Origin: Reclinomonas americana ATCC 50394
Lineage: Eukaryota
DNA: 35,076 nt
Direction: 5' to 3'
NCBI GenBank assembly: GCA_048213135.1
Contig: PS015606.1
Location: 2,307 to 37,382 of the forward strand
In this document: positions 11,712-23,092 of the stretch, in pieces
Layout of the letters: every line of letters begins with the position of its first letter
How positions within the stretch are numbered: the first letter of the stretch is position 1
Notes under the pieces: model-generated
Database searches by the model: none
Seen by the model: only the letters and a program-made list of their open reading frames with translations
Told to the model about the DNA's origin: nothing
Made by a program: the position numbers and the translations under genes

Positions 11712-13799
11712 ATGGCAGCTGCACCCCATCACGTCGACACGGAGGTCACTCTGCGCGAGCTGCAGAGCACACTGAAGCAGCTGAACGACGAGATCCGCCA
11801 CATCGGGCAACATCGCGATCGCCGACAACATCGTCACCATCGTCGCTCTCACCGCGAAGAGCGACGTCTCACCACCGTCGGCAGTGAAGATGATGACGAC
11901 AACCACCATCGTCATCGGCATAGTGGTCACCGAGAGGAAGGCGAGCAGAGGCGATCGACATCAGCCTCGCGTCGGTGCGTGCCACTCACTCACTCCGGAC
12001 ATGTGTGATATCTGTTTGGGAGAGTGGCAGAGCGGCAATGCGATCAGTGGCTGACTGGTGGGTGGAGGCACAGGTCTCGTCGCGTAGAGTCTGGTGGGGC
12101 AGTGGAGCGCGACGATGTGGCCGCGATCTTGTCGTCTTCCGTTGAATCGCCGCTTCCTCGTCGCCGACACCATCATCATCGCCGACGGCATGGCGAAAAG
12201 AGAGCATCGTCTTCGCCAGTGCATGCGTGGAAGGCGAGCTCGTCGGCGGTTGGATCCGACAAGGAGAATCAGGTGGACACCAAGTCGCTCCCGTCGTTCA
12301 TGAAGGCCTCGATGAATGGCTTGACGACGCCGGAGATTGCCGATCGGTATGTGGTGGCGCCGGCCAAGGAGAGTGTGCGTGCGCATGCGGTGTGTGTTGA
12401 TGGTGGAATGCGGTGCACAGGAGACTGGCTGCTGAAGTCGAACATTATCGCCTCAAGCGGCAAACGAAGCACATGGAGCGGCAATTGTTGGACTCGTGGA
12501 CCGCAGCCACACTCGGTCGCTCCTCCTCCTCCTCCTCTGCGACAACAACAACGACAACAACAACAACCACGACAGCACCAGCATCATCGTCAGTCGGTTC
12601 AAGTCGCGTGTCATCCACACGCAGTCGGGAGAGACGACAGGCAGGTGGCGATGAGTCGCCACTGCTCAAGGCGGAACCGGTGGAGAGTTTGTACGAGAGC
12701 GAAGACGATGGTGCGCTGACCGAGGATGAGGAGCTGGCAGAGGTGGCTGGTGGAGGGCGCAGGCGTGACTTGAGCAGCCAGTTGCGCGAGTGTGAGGACC
12801 GACATGTGGAACGGGGACGATCGAAAGCCGCCGCACTGTCGTTGTCGTCGTCGTCGTCGTCGCTGCTGGATCACGCCAGCATCATGCAGAGTGGCAGATC
12901 GTCGTCACTGGCCCCGACACGACGTGGATCCGTGGGAACTGCCTCGACCTTGGGCACCAGTTCTGTGGGAGCTGCGCGCCGCGTGCATTTCGCGGATCGA
13001 GTTCAAGTATACGGCATCACACCGAGAAAGAGCCGACTGGCACGATCTGCCCTCTCGCCATCGTCGCCCGCACTCGTATCACTCTCTACGACTCGCTCCA
13101 GCTCGACGTCCACGCGCGACGATCCAGTGTTGCGGAGACTGCGCATGCTGCGATCGCTGCCGAAGTTTTTCCGAGAGACCGCAGAGACCATCAACGGGTG
13201 GGTGTGCCTGTTGCTCGCATATCGCTTCTCTGCGTGTACTCAATCGCACCTTGTCGCTTGCAGGTTTTTGCGTGACCACGGTCCGGCCATGGCGCTGACC
13301 GTCGCCGATGTTTATGGGTTCTTTTTCGAGGTAACACGTTTGTCATGAGAGGTCGCCACTTCATATCGTGGTTTTTTCACACGCATTCCCACAGGTAATA
13401 ACCGACAGCCGAGGGCAGCCACTGTGCGGAGAGCCAGTGGTACATGTGGACGTGTTTGTGTGCACGTCGGCCAAGCCGACCGCCACTGGCCGCATTGTTG
13501 CTCTTCGAGTTGGTAGGTCGTCGTAAGAAATCCTCGTCGTCGTCTTCACACACTCATTCGCATCCACAGGGCGCATGCGAGTACCATACAACCGACACGG
13601 AGTCTGCGTGTTCCCGAAAATCACGCACGTTTCCTTCACGCGCGCCCGCCGCGACGACCCCACAGTTGGCGTCACCAGTCGCCACAAATCGTGGGTCGCT
13701 CGTCTCTTTGTCCGCGGCGCCACCCGCGTCGTTCACGTCCTTCGTGCGCTGGCCGAACACGACCTGGCGACTGCTACCGCAGCCACCACTCGCCCATGA
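11712..13799 (+). CDS. Hypothetical protein: N-terminal coiled coil, long R/H/S-rich disordered region, RVxF motif, small C-terminal domain; about 5 introns
   Basis: Phase-consistent GT-AG joins link the ORF segments at 11712, ~12074, ~12421, ~13264, ~13396 and ~13569 to the TGA at 13797-13799. No family recognised. Confidence 0.6.
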
Positions 13800-13875
13800 A
13801 AACACAGCAGTGAAGCTTTTCGTTTGTCGCGGTCCTGCTGCAACCACAAAAAATTGTCACCATCGAGCGACGACA

Positions 13876-14360
13876 ATGGGCGTTCTCGGCAGCGTGCTGG
13901 TGTGGTTTCTCCGACTCGCCACACTCCTCATTCCCTTCAATGCCTACCAAATGCTGCGGCAAGTGCTCTCGCCGGCCGTCGAGAAGCGCTGGCGACCATT
14001 CCGACTCACAGTCCCCGTCATGCTTCGTCTCTTGCCTCCCTGTCTCTCCTCGAGTAATCGCTCACCGCGCATGCAGCATCGGCGTGGCTCTCGTGCTGTC
14101 CTGGTTCGACGCAACCATTCACGCCCTGGTGACCACTGTCATGGTGCTCGGCACACTGCTGATGACGGCCTTTGCGGCCGGCGGTCTGATCACCATCGGC
14201 AATCGATGGATCACCGTCGGCATCATTGCTCTCTCGTGTTCCATGTTCAGGTTCCGTGCATCCACATCCTGCGTTCAAAGACTGAGAGAGAGACAGCTCA
14301 CTGCCGCCTGCGCACAGCGCGTTGGTGTACTTTGCCGGTCCTGCATCATCTGTCGAGTAA
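13876..14360 (+). CDS. Small multi-pass membrane protein of unknown family, 2 introns
   Basis: MGVLGSVLVWFLRLATLLIPF... joins IGVALVLSWFDATIHALVTTVMVLGTLLMTAFAAGGLITIGNRWITVGIIALSCSMF, then SALVYFAGPASSVE*. The first intron needs a GC donor. Confidence 0.5.
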
Positions 14361-14400
14361 ACCATAATCTTTTTTTGTTTGTCTGAGAGAGAGCGAGAGA

Positions 14401-14972
14401 ATGCACTGGGAGGGAGTGAACGGGCACGCTGCTGCTGCTGCACCCATGCAGGTGGACGCTGAGGACACGTGGCAACGCGATGTGCAAGTGCTGCGTGAGA
14501 GTCTGAGCATGCTGGGCGCAGTGTGCGGCACACGAGTTGCGCGCACATGCATTGCTGATGATAATGATAAAGTCTCTCACACTCCTCGTGAGAGCAGCAA
14601 GCGCGACAACCGAAAGAGACGCGCAGTGGTGCCATGCCACCGCAAATGTCGGAGCGCGCAGAGCAGGAGCGACTGGATGCGGAGAAGCAGGAGATTGTGA
14701 GTCTGTTGGATGAGACGTGGGCGATGTTTGAGGGTGCGGCCGAGCGACTGGAGCGCTCCGTGGTCTCGATGAGCGGTGATGCGTTTGGTGATGATGGTGA
14801 GGGCAATGTGGAGGCGCTGCGTGCGAGGAGAGACGAGCTGCGGGGGGAGGTGCAGAGCGGCAACGTGCAGCTGGCCGACGTGTTGGCGCGACTGCAGAGA
14901 TTGCAGTTCCACTTGCACGCCATGTCGCTGTGCAACTCGGGTGCCGCCACCACCGCCTCCACGCTCACGTAG
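14401..14972 (+). CDS. Small coiled-coil hypothetical protein, 1 intron
   Basis: Exon 1 ...TWQRDVQVLRESLSMLGA, then a heptad-like ORF 14634-14972 (LDAEKQEIVSLLDETWAMFEGAAERLE...LADVLARLQRLQFHL). The start could be 14401 or the next ATG (~14447). Confidence 0.5.
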
Positions 14973-15022
14973 TGAATGCTAACATGTCATTTACATTGAT
15001 CCTTCTTCTTCCGCGCTGTCCG

Positions 15023-18000
15023 TCAGCCACTGCCGCTGCCCGACACGCCGCCCAGATGCTTATGCGTGGACAGCATGTCCTTGCGCGGATTCTGCTGGAG
15101 CGACATTTGCTGGAACACTTGCTGTGCGTACGGCTTGTGCAGGAGGCCGGCCTCGCCCAGCCGTGTCACCAGCTTGTAGCGCGGATCCTTCAGCAGCTGC
15201 ACCTCCGAGTAGCCCTTTAGCGGCTGGAAGGCCGTCGGCAACTCGGTCGAGGGGTCCACCACGGTGCGGTCCGTCATGTTCGCAAACGCCGCCGTCGGCT
15301 GTAGCAGGCGCTCCGGGNNNNNNNNNNNNNNNNNNNNNNNNNNNNNNNNNNNNNNNNNNNNNNNNNNNNNNNNNNNNNNNNNNNNNNNNNNNNNNNNNNN
15401 NNNNNNNNNNNNNNNNNNNNNNNNNNNNNNNNNNNNNNNNNNNNNNNNNNNNNNNNNNTCGTCGGGCACCACTGGCGCCACCTGCGCGCGCAGCTCGTCC
15501 AGCCGCTGCTCCCGTTCCGCTTCCTCCATCGCCGCCTGAATGCGATTCTGCGATCGCTGTTGTGTGCGCTGCTGCAGGAGCTGGTCGCGGAATTGCACGC
15601 GTTCCTGATTCACCCGCGCCTGCTCGTCAGCCTTTAGTCGCCACTCCTCCATCTCGCGTTCTCGTTGTGCTTCAGTCTGGAGGGGGAGGGGGAAGGGGAG
15701 AGAGAATGAGAGCGATGCGAGACGAGGTGGCGACGAGACACACTCACCTCACGCTGCTTCGCCATCATATCCTCCTTCCATCTTTGCAACTCTTGCTCAC
15801 TCTTCTCACGCCACGNNNNNNNNNNNNNNNNNNNNNNNNNNNNNNNNNNNNNNNNNNNNNNNNNNNNNNNNNNNNNNNNNNNNNNNNNNNNNNNNNNNNN
15901 NNNNNNNNNNNNNNNNNNNNNNNNNNNNNNNNNNNNNNNNNNNNNNNNNNNNNNNNNNNNNNNNNNNNNNNNNNNNNNNNNNNNNNNNNNNNNNNNNNNN
16001 NNNNNNNNNNNNNNNNNNNNNNNNNNNNNNNNNNNNNNNNNNNNNNNNNNNNNNNNNNNNNNNNNNNNNNNNNNNNNNNNNNNNNNNNNNNNNNNNNNNN
16101 NNNNNNNNNNNNNNNNNNNNNNNNNNNNNNNNNNNNNNNNNNNNNNNNNNNNNNNNNNNNNNNNNNNNNNNNNNNNNNNNNNNNNNNNNNNNNNNNNNNN
16201 NNNNNNNNNNNNNNNNNNNNNNNNNNNNNNNNNNNNNNNNNNNNNNNNNNNNNNNNNNNNNNNNNNNNNNNNNNNNNNNNNNNNNNNCTTGCTGCTCCTG
16301 CTCACGCTTCTCACGCTCCACCCGCTCCGCCTCCACCTCTGCCGCCCGTTTGGCATCGCGTTCCTGTTGCCGCAGCTCGAATTGTTGCCGGGTGGTCTCG
16401 TAGCGCTGCTTCAACTCACGCGTTGTCTCGCCGTGTCGGGCGCGCTCGGCTTCTGTCATGGCCGAGTCGTGCTCGAATCGTTCCAACAACTATGGAAATT
16501 AGCTGTGAGCTTACTCTCAAACACACACGCGTACCCTCATCACTCGCGCCGCAAACCTCATTGAGTGCATGGCGCTGCTCGCGCAGCTCCTCCATCTCCA
16601 CGGCAAACTCGTCGCGCAGACCCTTGAGCTTGCGGCGATTGTACTCGCACGCAGCGTGCCACGCCAGCATCTCCTCAATGGAGGCCTTGTTGTGCGACGG
16701 CATCTCCAACGACAAACGATCGATGAAGCGCGCGCGGTCAAAGCGCCCCGTGGCGGCGAACTCGCGGCACACCTTTGTGAAGTGTGCCACGTCTTTCTCT
16801 GCACTCCATCGCTCCGGTCGCAACTGCGCCAGTGCCTGCCGCGTGGCCCGCACCGCCGGCTGGTCGTCGCCAGACATGCTCAACACGACCAGCATGCACG
16901 GAGTCTCCGAGAAGACGGCTTGCTTGAACGCATCTGCACGGAAGCTCAGTACGCTGTGCGGGGAAGGGGGCAGAGAGGAGAGAAGGGAAACACGCACCTT
17001 GCTGGCCTTCACGCGGAGTCGCCAATTGATCAACCGGCAGCTGCATGGGTGGTCTTTGCACACCGGCCGATGGCGGACGCTGCACTCCGCGAGCCGACGC
17101 CGGCCGTCCACCAGAGGCCGCCGACATGGGGCGTGCCGACAGTGGTGCATTGCCCACAGCCGAGCCCGGTCGACTGGCGTTGGTGACGAGCGGTACGTTG
17201 AGTGCACTTGATGACCTCCCACAACACCAGTACAAAAAATACACACCTGCTGCGAGCCGAGGTTGGGCGCGCCTTCAGAATGACACGCGAGCCCTCCTGC
17301 AGCATTCGTGGATGTGATCGCTGGGACTCCAGCACGCCGTCGACCGTTGCGCTGCTCTCTGCCAGCTGCTCGTTGGCCTCCTGTGGAAGATCCAGCGCCG
17401 GCACCTCTACTGCAGCAGCAGCAGCAGCCAGGCCTTGCATATCGCCATCCTCGCTCTCCCCGTCATCGTCGGCAATGTCGTCGCTACCGACGACCGACAA
17501 CTGCTGACTGTCTTCGTGCTCCACCGCCGACGATTCGCTGGCACGCTTCTCCAGCGGTGGTGGCATTGCAGCCGCCGTGGTCTGTGTGACAAAGAATGAT
17601 GGACCAGCATGCGAGGCTCCCGACTCCCGTCGCGACAGCGGCGGCCTGGCATTGCTGGCCGCCGATGCGACACCCGATCTCGACGGCGCTGGCGTCACGC
17701 ACGTGGAGACGGCGGGTGTGGTGCTGGTCGAAGATGATGCGGTTGGCTGGAGGAGTGTGGAGGCTCTCCGTTGTGACATGACCTCCAGCGTCTCCGAGTG
17801 CAGCTGTTCGAGGCGTTGCGTCAGCCGACTCGGAATGCTGCAAGTGCGAGTCAACGAAAAGTGGGGCAAGAAAAACAGGCGCCTCCTTCTGCCCCTACCT
17901 CGCCAGTTCATCGTCCACTCGCTGCAACCAGTCCTCGACCTGGCTCTGCGTCATACCCTCAGCTCGTGCCACAGCTTGCGGATTCACGTGCTTGTAATGA

Positions 18001-18953
18001 TGGTGTGTCCGCATGGTTCGGTGCGTCATGTGTGTTCTCCTCGAATGAATGCTCTCCCTGCAGGCACCACCACCACCACTAATGAGTGAAAAGACTGCGT
18101 GTACACAAGCGTGAGCAAGCACGACGCATGCGCAACAGATCGCCGCCGTCGTCGCCCTCCAGCGCCGCTCGCTGCGCCTCCTCCTCGCTCTCCCTCTCCA
18201 GTTCGCGAACATTCGCCATGTGCTCCTCTATCTCGGCCATGACTCGCACACCCTGCGCCGTCGTGTCCTCCTCCGCTTGCTCCAGATCGCCCTTCAGCTC
18301 CACATACATGGCACGCAGCGTGCCGGCCCGCTCGGCGGCATTAAAGTTGAGTGCCAGCATGCCCTGCGACGAAGGTGAGCCAACAGAGCAACAGGCGTCA
18401 ATAAGTATAGATGCAGACTTGAGCACCTTCATGTCGTTGACTCGCTTCGCCCAATCTGCGTGGTGATAAGCAGCTTGAGCGAAACGAGAGGAGAAAGAGA
18501 GGGAGACAGTGCGATGAAATGAACGCAACAAGTCGACATGGAGTACCGAGCGCCCTCTCTCCGCCCCTCCTCCTCCGCAAACTCACACGTGACGTCGTCC
18601 TCCATCGATCCCATTATGGTGGCCAGCTCCAACTCCACGCGCTCCCTGCCGATCCAAGTAAGCAGATGTGTGATGAGAAAGGAACCTCCACCAGCTGCAG
18701 TCGCACCTCTCCTCCTTCAGACGCGCATGCTCCATCAAATAGTCACGCTTGTGCCCATCAATGCGCGACTTTTGCTTGTTGCCCTTGACCACCGACTTGA
18801 GCTGGTGCAACTATACAACGAGTGGAAGGATTGAGTCTGAAATAGCTGACAAAAAAAGTGACCTCGCACTCCCACCTTCTCCTCCAGTCGCTGCGAGCCT
18901 TGCTTTGACCGCTCCAGCAGCGCCATGGCCTTGTCCACATCGTGCCCGCCCAT
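15023..18953 (-). CDS. CCDC148: CCDC148-like coiled-coil protein, about 8-9 introns, two N-gaps
   Basis: The C-terminus LDELRAQVAP...PERLLQPT...GYSEVQLLKDPRYKLVTRLGEAGLLHKPYAQQVF...NPRKDMLS resembles the CCDC148 C-terminus as I recall it. The internal segment RFIDRLSLEMPSHNKASIEEMLAWH is also consistent. The start ATG (MGGHDVDK) is inferred. Confidence 0.7.
15318..15458. other. Assembly gap (N)
   Basis: Run of N inside the CCDC148-like gene. Confidence 1.
15816..16287. other. Assembly gap (N)
   Basis: Run of N inside the CCDC148-like gene. Confidence 1.
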
Positions 18954-19344
18954 CAGTCGAGCGCGCTGACCATGGTGTGACACACTTCGAGCTGAGATGA
19001 ATGGAAGACACTGACTCGTGAGCACACACACACACAAACCACTCACTCACTCTCTCTCTCACACACACCGTGCGTCTTCTCTCTTCTTCTTGCCTGTCTC
19101 TGTCAGTCTGTCTCTATCTTTCTCTCTCGTCTTTCTGCTCCCGCGCAACTTGATTCGCCAGTGCTTGTCTGAGCACTGCCTGTGCGCTCACGCAAGTCGC
19201 GCACGGCTCTCAGTGCGCTCATGCTTCAGAGAGAGCGAGCGAGCGCAAGACAGCGAGTGTGTGAACGGCGGGACAGTTGCGCTCGCGCCTTCCCGCGCGC
19301 GCGATTCGGCTCCTTTCACATTTGTTAATCTCACATAAGCAGCA

Positions 19345-19920
19345 ATGGCCGGCGAGAAGTTGCGTCTCTGTCTGTGATGCTTGTGCGTTGTCCTTGTGTG
19401 CGCCTGTGGCGCTGTGTGTTCGCTCGTGTGCTGTGCGTGACATGTGCGCCGACATGTTTGCCAATGGCGGCCTCACGCTTGTCTCTTGACGCGCTGCAGG
19501 ACTGTGTCGACGCGTGGAGCGGGTGCGGGCGTGTCGCTCAACTCAGCCAAGAAGAACTTCCTGTCGTTCTACTCGGGCGAAGGCGAGGACTCAATGGGCT
19601 TCAAAGTGTTGCGTCTCTCGGCACACACAGCGGACGCTCTCCCTCTCCACACGCATGCACACACACGCACTCTATCCTCCGTTTCCGCACCCACTGCTCT
19701 TGTGTGTCTCGATGAGTGACGAGCGTGTGGACGGGGGCGTGCGCGCCATTTTCCGACGCACATCCCCCACGCGCGTTGTCTCCCGCCAACTCATATTCTC
19801 TCTCTCCCCCTTGTTTCTCCCTTTGTGACTTTTAGGCCGCCGCAATTCGTGCTGATTGGCAGCATCATCTTTGTGGTGATTGTGTTCATCCTGCACATTC
19901 TCGGCAAGTTGGTCGGATAA
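19345..19920 (+). CDS. SEC61B: Sec61 translocon beta subunit; exons 19345-19358, 19500-19607, 19836-19920
   Basis: Spliced product MAGEKTVSTRGAGAGVSLNSAKKNFLSFYSGEGEDSMGFKVPPQFVLIGSIIFVVIVFILHILGKLVG* matches the Sec61beta/Sbh1 pattern (FY..DS.G.KV.P..VL..S..F...V..LHI.GK). The ORF track misses it because of the introns. Confidence 0.9.
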
Positions 19921-20048
19921 TCATGGACTGCAGACGGGATTCGGCTCGCCTGTCGGCACGCGGGAATGAAGGCTGCGAGGCAGTGTTATAGACACCACCC
20001 TGTTTTGTGTTTCCTTGTTTTCTTCACATCTTACTTGGGTTCATCGCT

Positions 20049-22928
20049 CTACGCTGGTGTGTGTTGGTGTTGCTCCTCCACTGGTGGCTGTTGTGGTGAC
20101 GGTGATGGTCTAGGTGGTGGTGGTGGTGGTGGTGGTGGTGGCGGCGGCGGCAGCGGTGATGTGGGTGACATCATTGCTGCGGCGTGCAGGTGGGGATCGG
20201 CATCCGCGTCACGCAGGCTCTGCTGGATCAGCACGTCGCCGAGTTGGCGGCGCACGCAGTCGGCGAATGACAGCAGAGCTGTGTGCGCCGTGGCACTGAG
20301 GGTGTAGCCACGCCGTCGCAAGTCGAGATACCCGCGCAGCGCCACGGTGAATTCGCCGTCGTCGCGACTGTTGTCCGTTTGAACCACGGGGACTTGCCAG
20401 CTGGCCGTCGCCGTGGGAGTGTTGACATTCGAGGTGGATGAGGTGAATGGCGTAGGAGGTCGTCGGGCTGGTGGCGATTCCACCGGGAACTCGAGAGCGG
20501 GCGCCAGAGGCGTCTGCGGGCGCATAGGCACAGTGGACACCGCGTCCTCCTCATGGTCTTCACCGTCGTCACCTCCGTCGTCACTCGCCGCCTCCGCCTC
20601 CTCCTCGTCCTCCTCTTCCGCCTCCTCTTCCTCCTCCTCCTCGGGTTGTGGAATGGTGTGGGCACTGGGTGTGGGCGCTTCCACCGGTGGCGGTGGCGGC
20701 CGGGCCGATCGTAGTGCACTCTTCGGAGGTGCACTGACGGGTGTGGGCGTCGACGACGAGGTGTTGCGCTTGTTCTCCTCCTTGACCACCGCCAAGGATA
20801 TCGATGCAGCTGATGATGATGAAGACGACGACGAGGACGAGGATGAGGAGGAGGAGGAGGAAGGAGACTTGGGGGGCGCACTGCGCGACCGCTTCGTCGG
20901 CGGCTCCACCGACTGAGATCTGTTCTCGGCTGGCCTCTTCGGTGGGACCGCTGCTGCCGCGTACACCGGTGCCGGTGGTCGCGCCGTCGTTGCCGCCTGC
21001 CCGACCGGTTTCACTGTTGGCTGCAGTGGTGGACCACCCGGCCGACTCCCTCCTCCTGGAGCAGCTGCTGCTCCTGCTGTTGTTGTTGTCGTGGCGGTGG
21101 TGGTGGTGGCGGCGGCGGTGGTGGCCGTCATGGCGACATCTGGCTTTGCCAGTGATNNNNNNNNNNNNNNNNNNNNNNNNNNNNNNNNNNNNNNNNNNNN
21201 NNNNNNNNNNNNNNNNNNNNNNNNNNNNNNNNNNNNNNNNNNNNNNNNNNNNNNNNNNNNNNNNNNNNNNNNNNNNNNNNNNNNNNNNNNNNNNNNNNNN
21301 NNNNNNNNNNNNNNNNNNNNNNNNNNNNNNNNNNNNNNNNNNNNNNNNNNNNNNNNNNNNNNNNNNCACGGCGGAGACCAGGCGCGCCCCCATCACCCGA
21401 TGGCGCATCGCGGTCGCCGGTGCACAGGAGCACCCGGTCGCACAGCAGCAAGAGCTCGCGGAAACACTACTCGCCACCTCCGCGACCGCCATCACCGAGT
21501 GCCGATGACCGTCCCCGTCGCCGGAGTCCGCAGCGACTGCGGTCAGAGTCAATGTCGTCGGCATCGTCGTCGCGCTCGCCGTCGCCGGCACCTGTGACTC
21601 CGCGCAGTCGCAGGCCCACGACACCCGGACTCGACACGCAGGTGACAAGCACGGCGGTGACTGCAGTGGCGCCGACGCTGCCGCCCGCAGACTCGTACCC
21701 GGCCATTCGAGTGGCGGCCATGATTCGCAGCGGCTTTTTCGGGCCAGGCTCCAGGTTGCGCTTCTCTGTGGTGAGCCATGTGAAGTCGACTTGCTGCTGA
21801 TCGTGCCGGCACAGGATATCCTTCACCTCGTCAAACGGGACCTTGTCGGCCCGTCTCATCTGTGCGTACGACAAGACCAAGCAGACACTCAAGGTGCGGT
21901 GGCGGCAGTTTGAGCTGCCTGCTCTCTACAGCAGGAATGACTGACCATGGTGTCGATATGCAGACGCATTGGTTTCAGAGTGATGAGGGAGTTCGCTTCA
22001 AGGACCCAACAGTTGCGTGCTAGTGTGTCGCTGTGCCTCCCTCTCTCTCCCTCTCTGCTCACTACGGTGCCAGGCGTTCTTGAGGCACGCTGTGCGGCAT
22101 TTGCAAGGTGCGTGTAATTGGAGTGCATGCGTTGATTGTGCGGCATGCTGACTCGTCGAGTGTGCAGGCATCGAAACCAACGGCAACAACGCGTACTCGG
22201 TGCTGGCAGTCCGCACGCACACGAACCGGGAGTTTGCCTCGCTGGTCGAACTTCGCCGCTTCATCTTCTCACAGACNNNNNNNNNNNNNNNNNNNNNNNN
22301 NNNNNNNNNNNNNNNNNNNNNNNNNNNNNNNNNNNNNNNNNNNNNNNNNNNNNNNNNNNNNNNNNNNNNNNNNNNNNNNNNNNNNNNNNNNNNNNNNNNN
22401 NNNNNNNNNNNNNNNNNNNNNNNNNNNNNNNNNNNNNNNNNNNNNNNNNNNNNNNNNNNNNNNNNNNNNNNNNNNNNNNNNNNNNNNNNNNNNNNNNNNN
22501 NNNNNNNNNNNNNNNNNNNNNNNNNNNNNNNNNNNNNNNNNNNNNNNNNNNNNNNNNNNNNNNNNNNCGTACTCGACCGAGGGCGACGGGGAACGCGAGC
22601 GCCGAGTCCGTGACGAGCGATGTGCGTGATGGTGGTGATGAAGGTGATGGGGCAATTCTGGTGGTGCTGGTGGCGGAGGCGGTGGTGGAGGTGGTGGCGG
22701 TGGCCAGTGACTGCGGTGGCGGTGACTGTGGTCTTCGGGGCGGTATGGGTGAACGTCGTAGCGGTGGTCGTACGGGAGGTGGTGACGGAGACTGGGAGCG
22801 GCGGAGGAGTAACCGTGATGCACATAGTGGTGTGGCTGCGGGTGGCCGCTGCTGCTACCGCTGCTGTTGTAGTGTTGTCGCCGCTCGTAGTCCACGTCAG
22901 CAGCGCTAACTCTGCGACGCGCGCTCAT
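20049..22928 (-). CDS. Hypothetical low-complexity protein (RS/His/Pro-rich N-terminus; Ser, acidic and Pro tracts); two N-gaps
   Basis: MSARRRVSAADVDYERRQHY...RSSRTRRSRSPSPS, possible folded segments at ~21700-22130, and a long final ORF 20049-21131. The exon structure is uncertain. Confidence 0.55.
21157..21366. other. Assembly gap (N)
   Basis: Run of N. Confidence 1.
22277..22567. other. Assembly gap (N)
   Basis: Run of N. Confidence 1.
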
Positions 22929-23092
22929 GCAGACGACGACGACGGACGGGAAGGACGGAGCGACAGAGCGCGAGCGGGGCAAGAGGACGCCGAAAGACAC
23001 TTCGCGGTTTTCCTTCTCAAATCATTTCATTGCAAAACACAAACAACAACACAACACAGAAGCTAGCTATGTAATACAAAGACAACGGGAGC

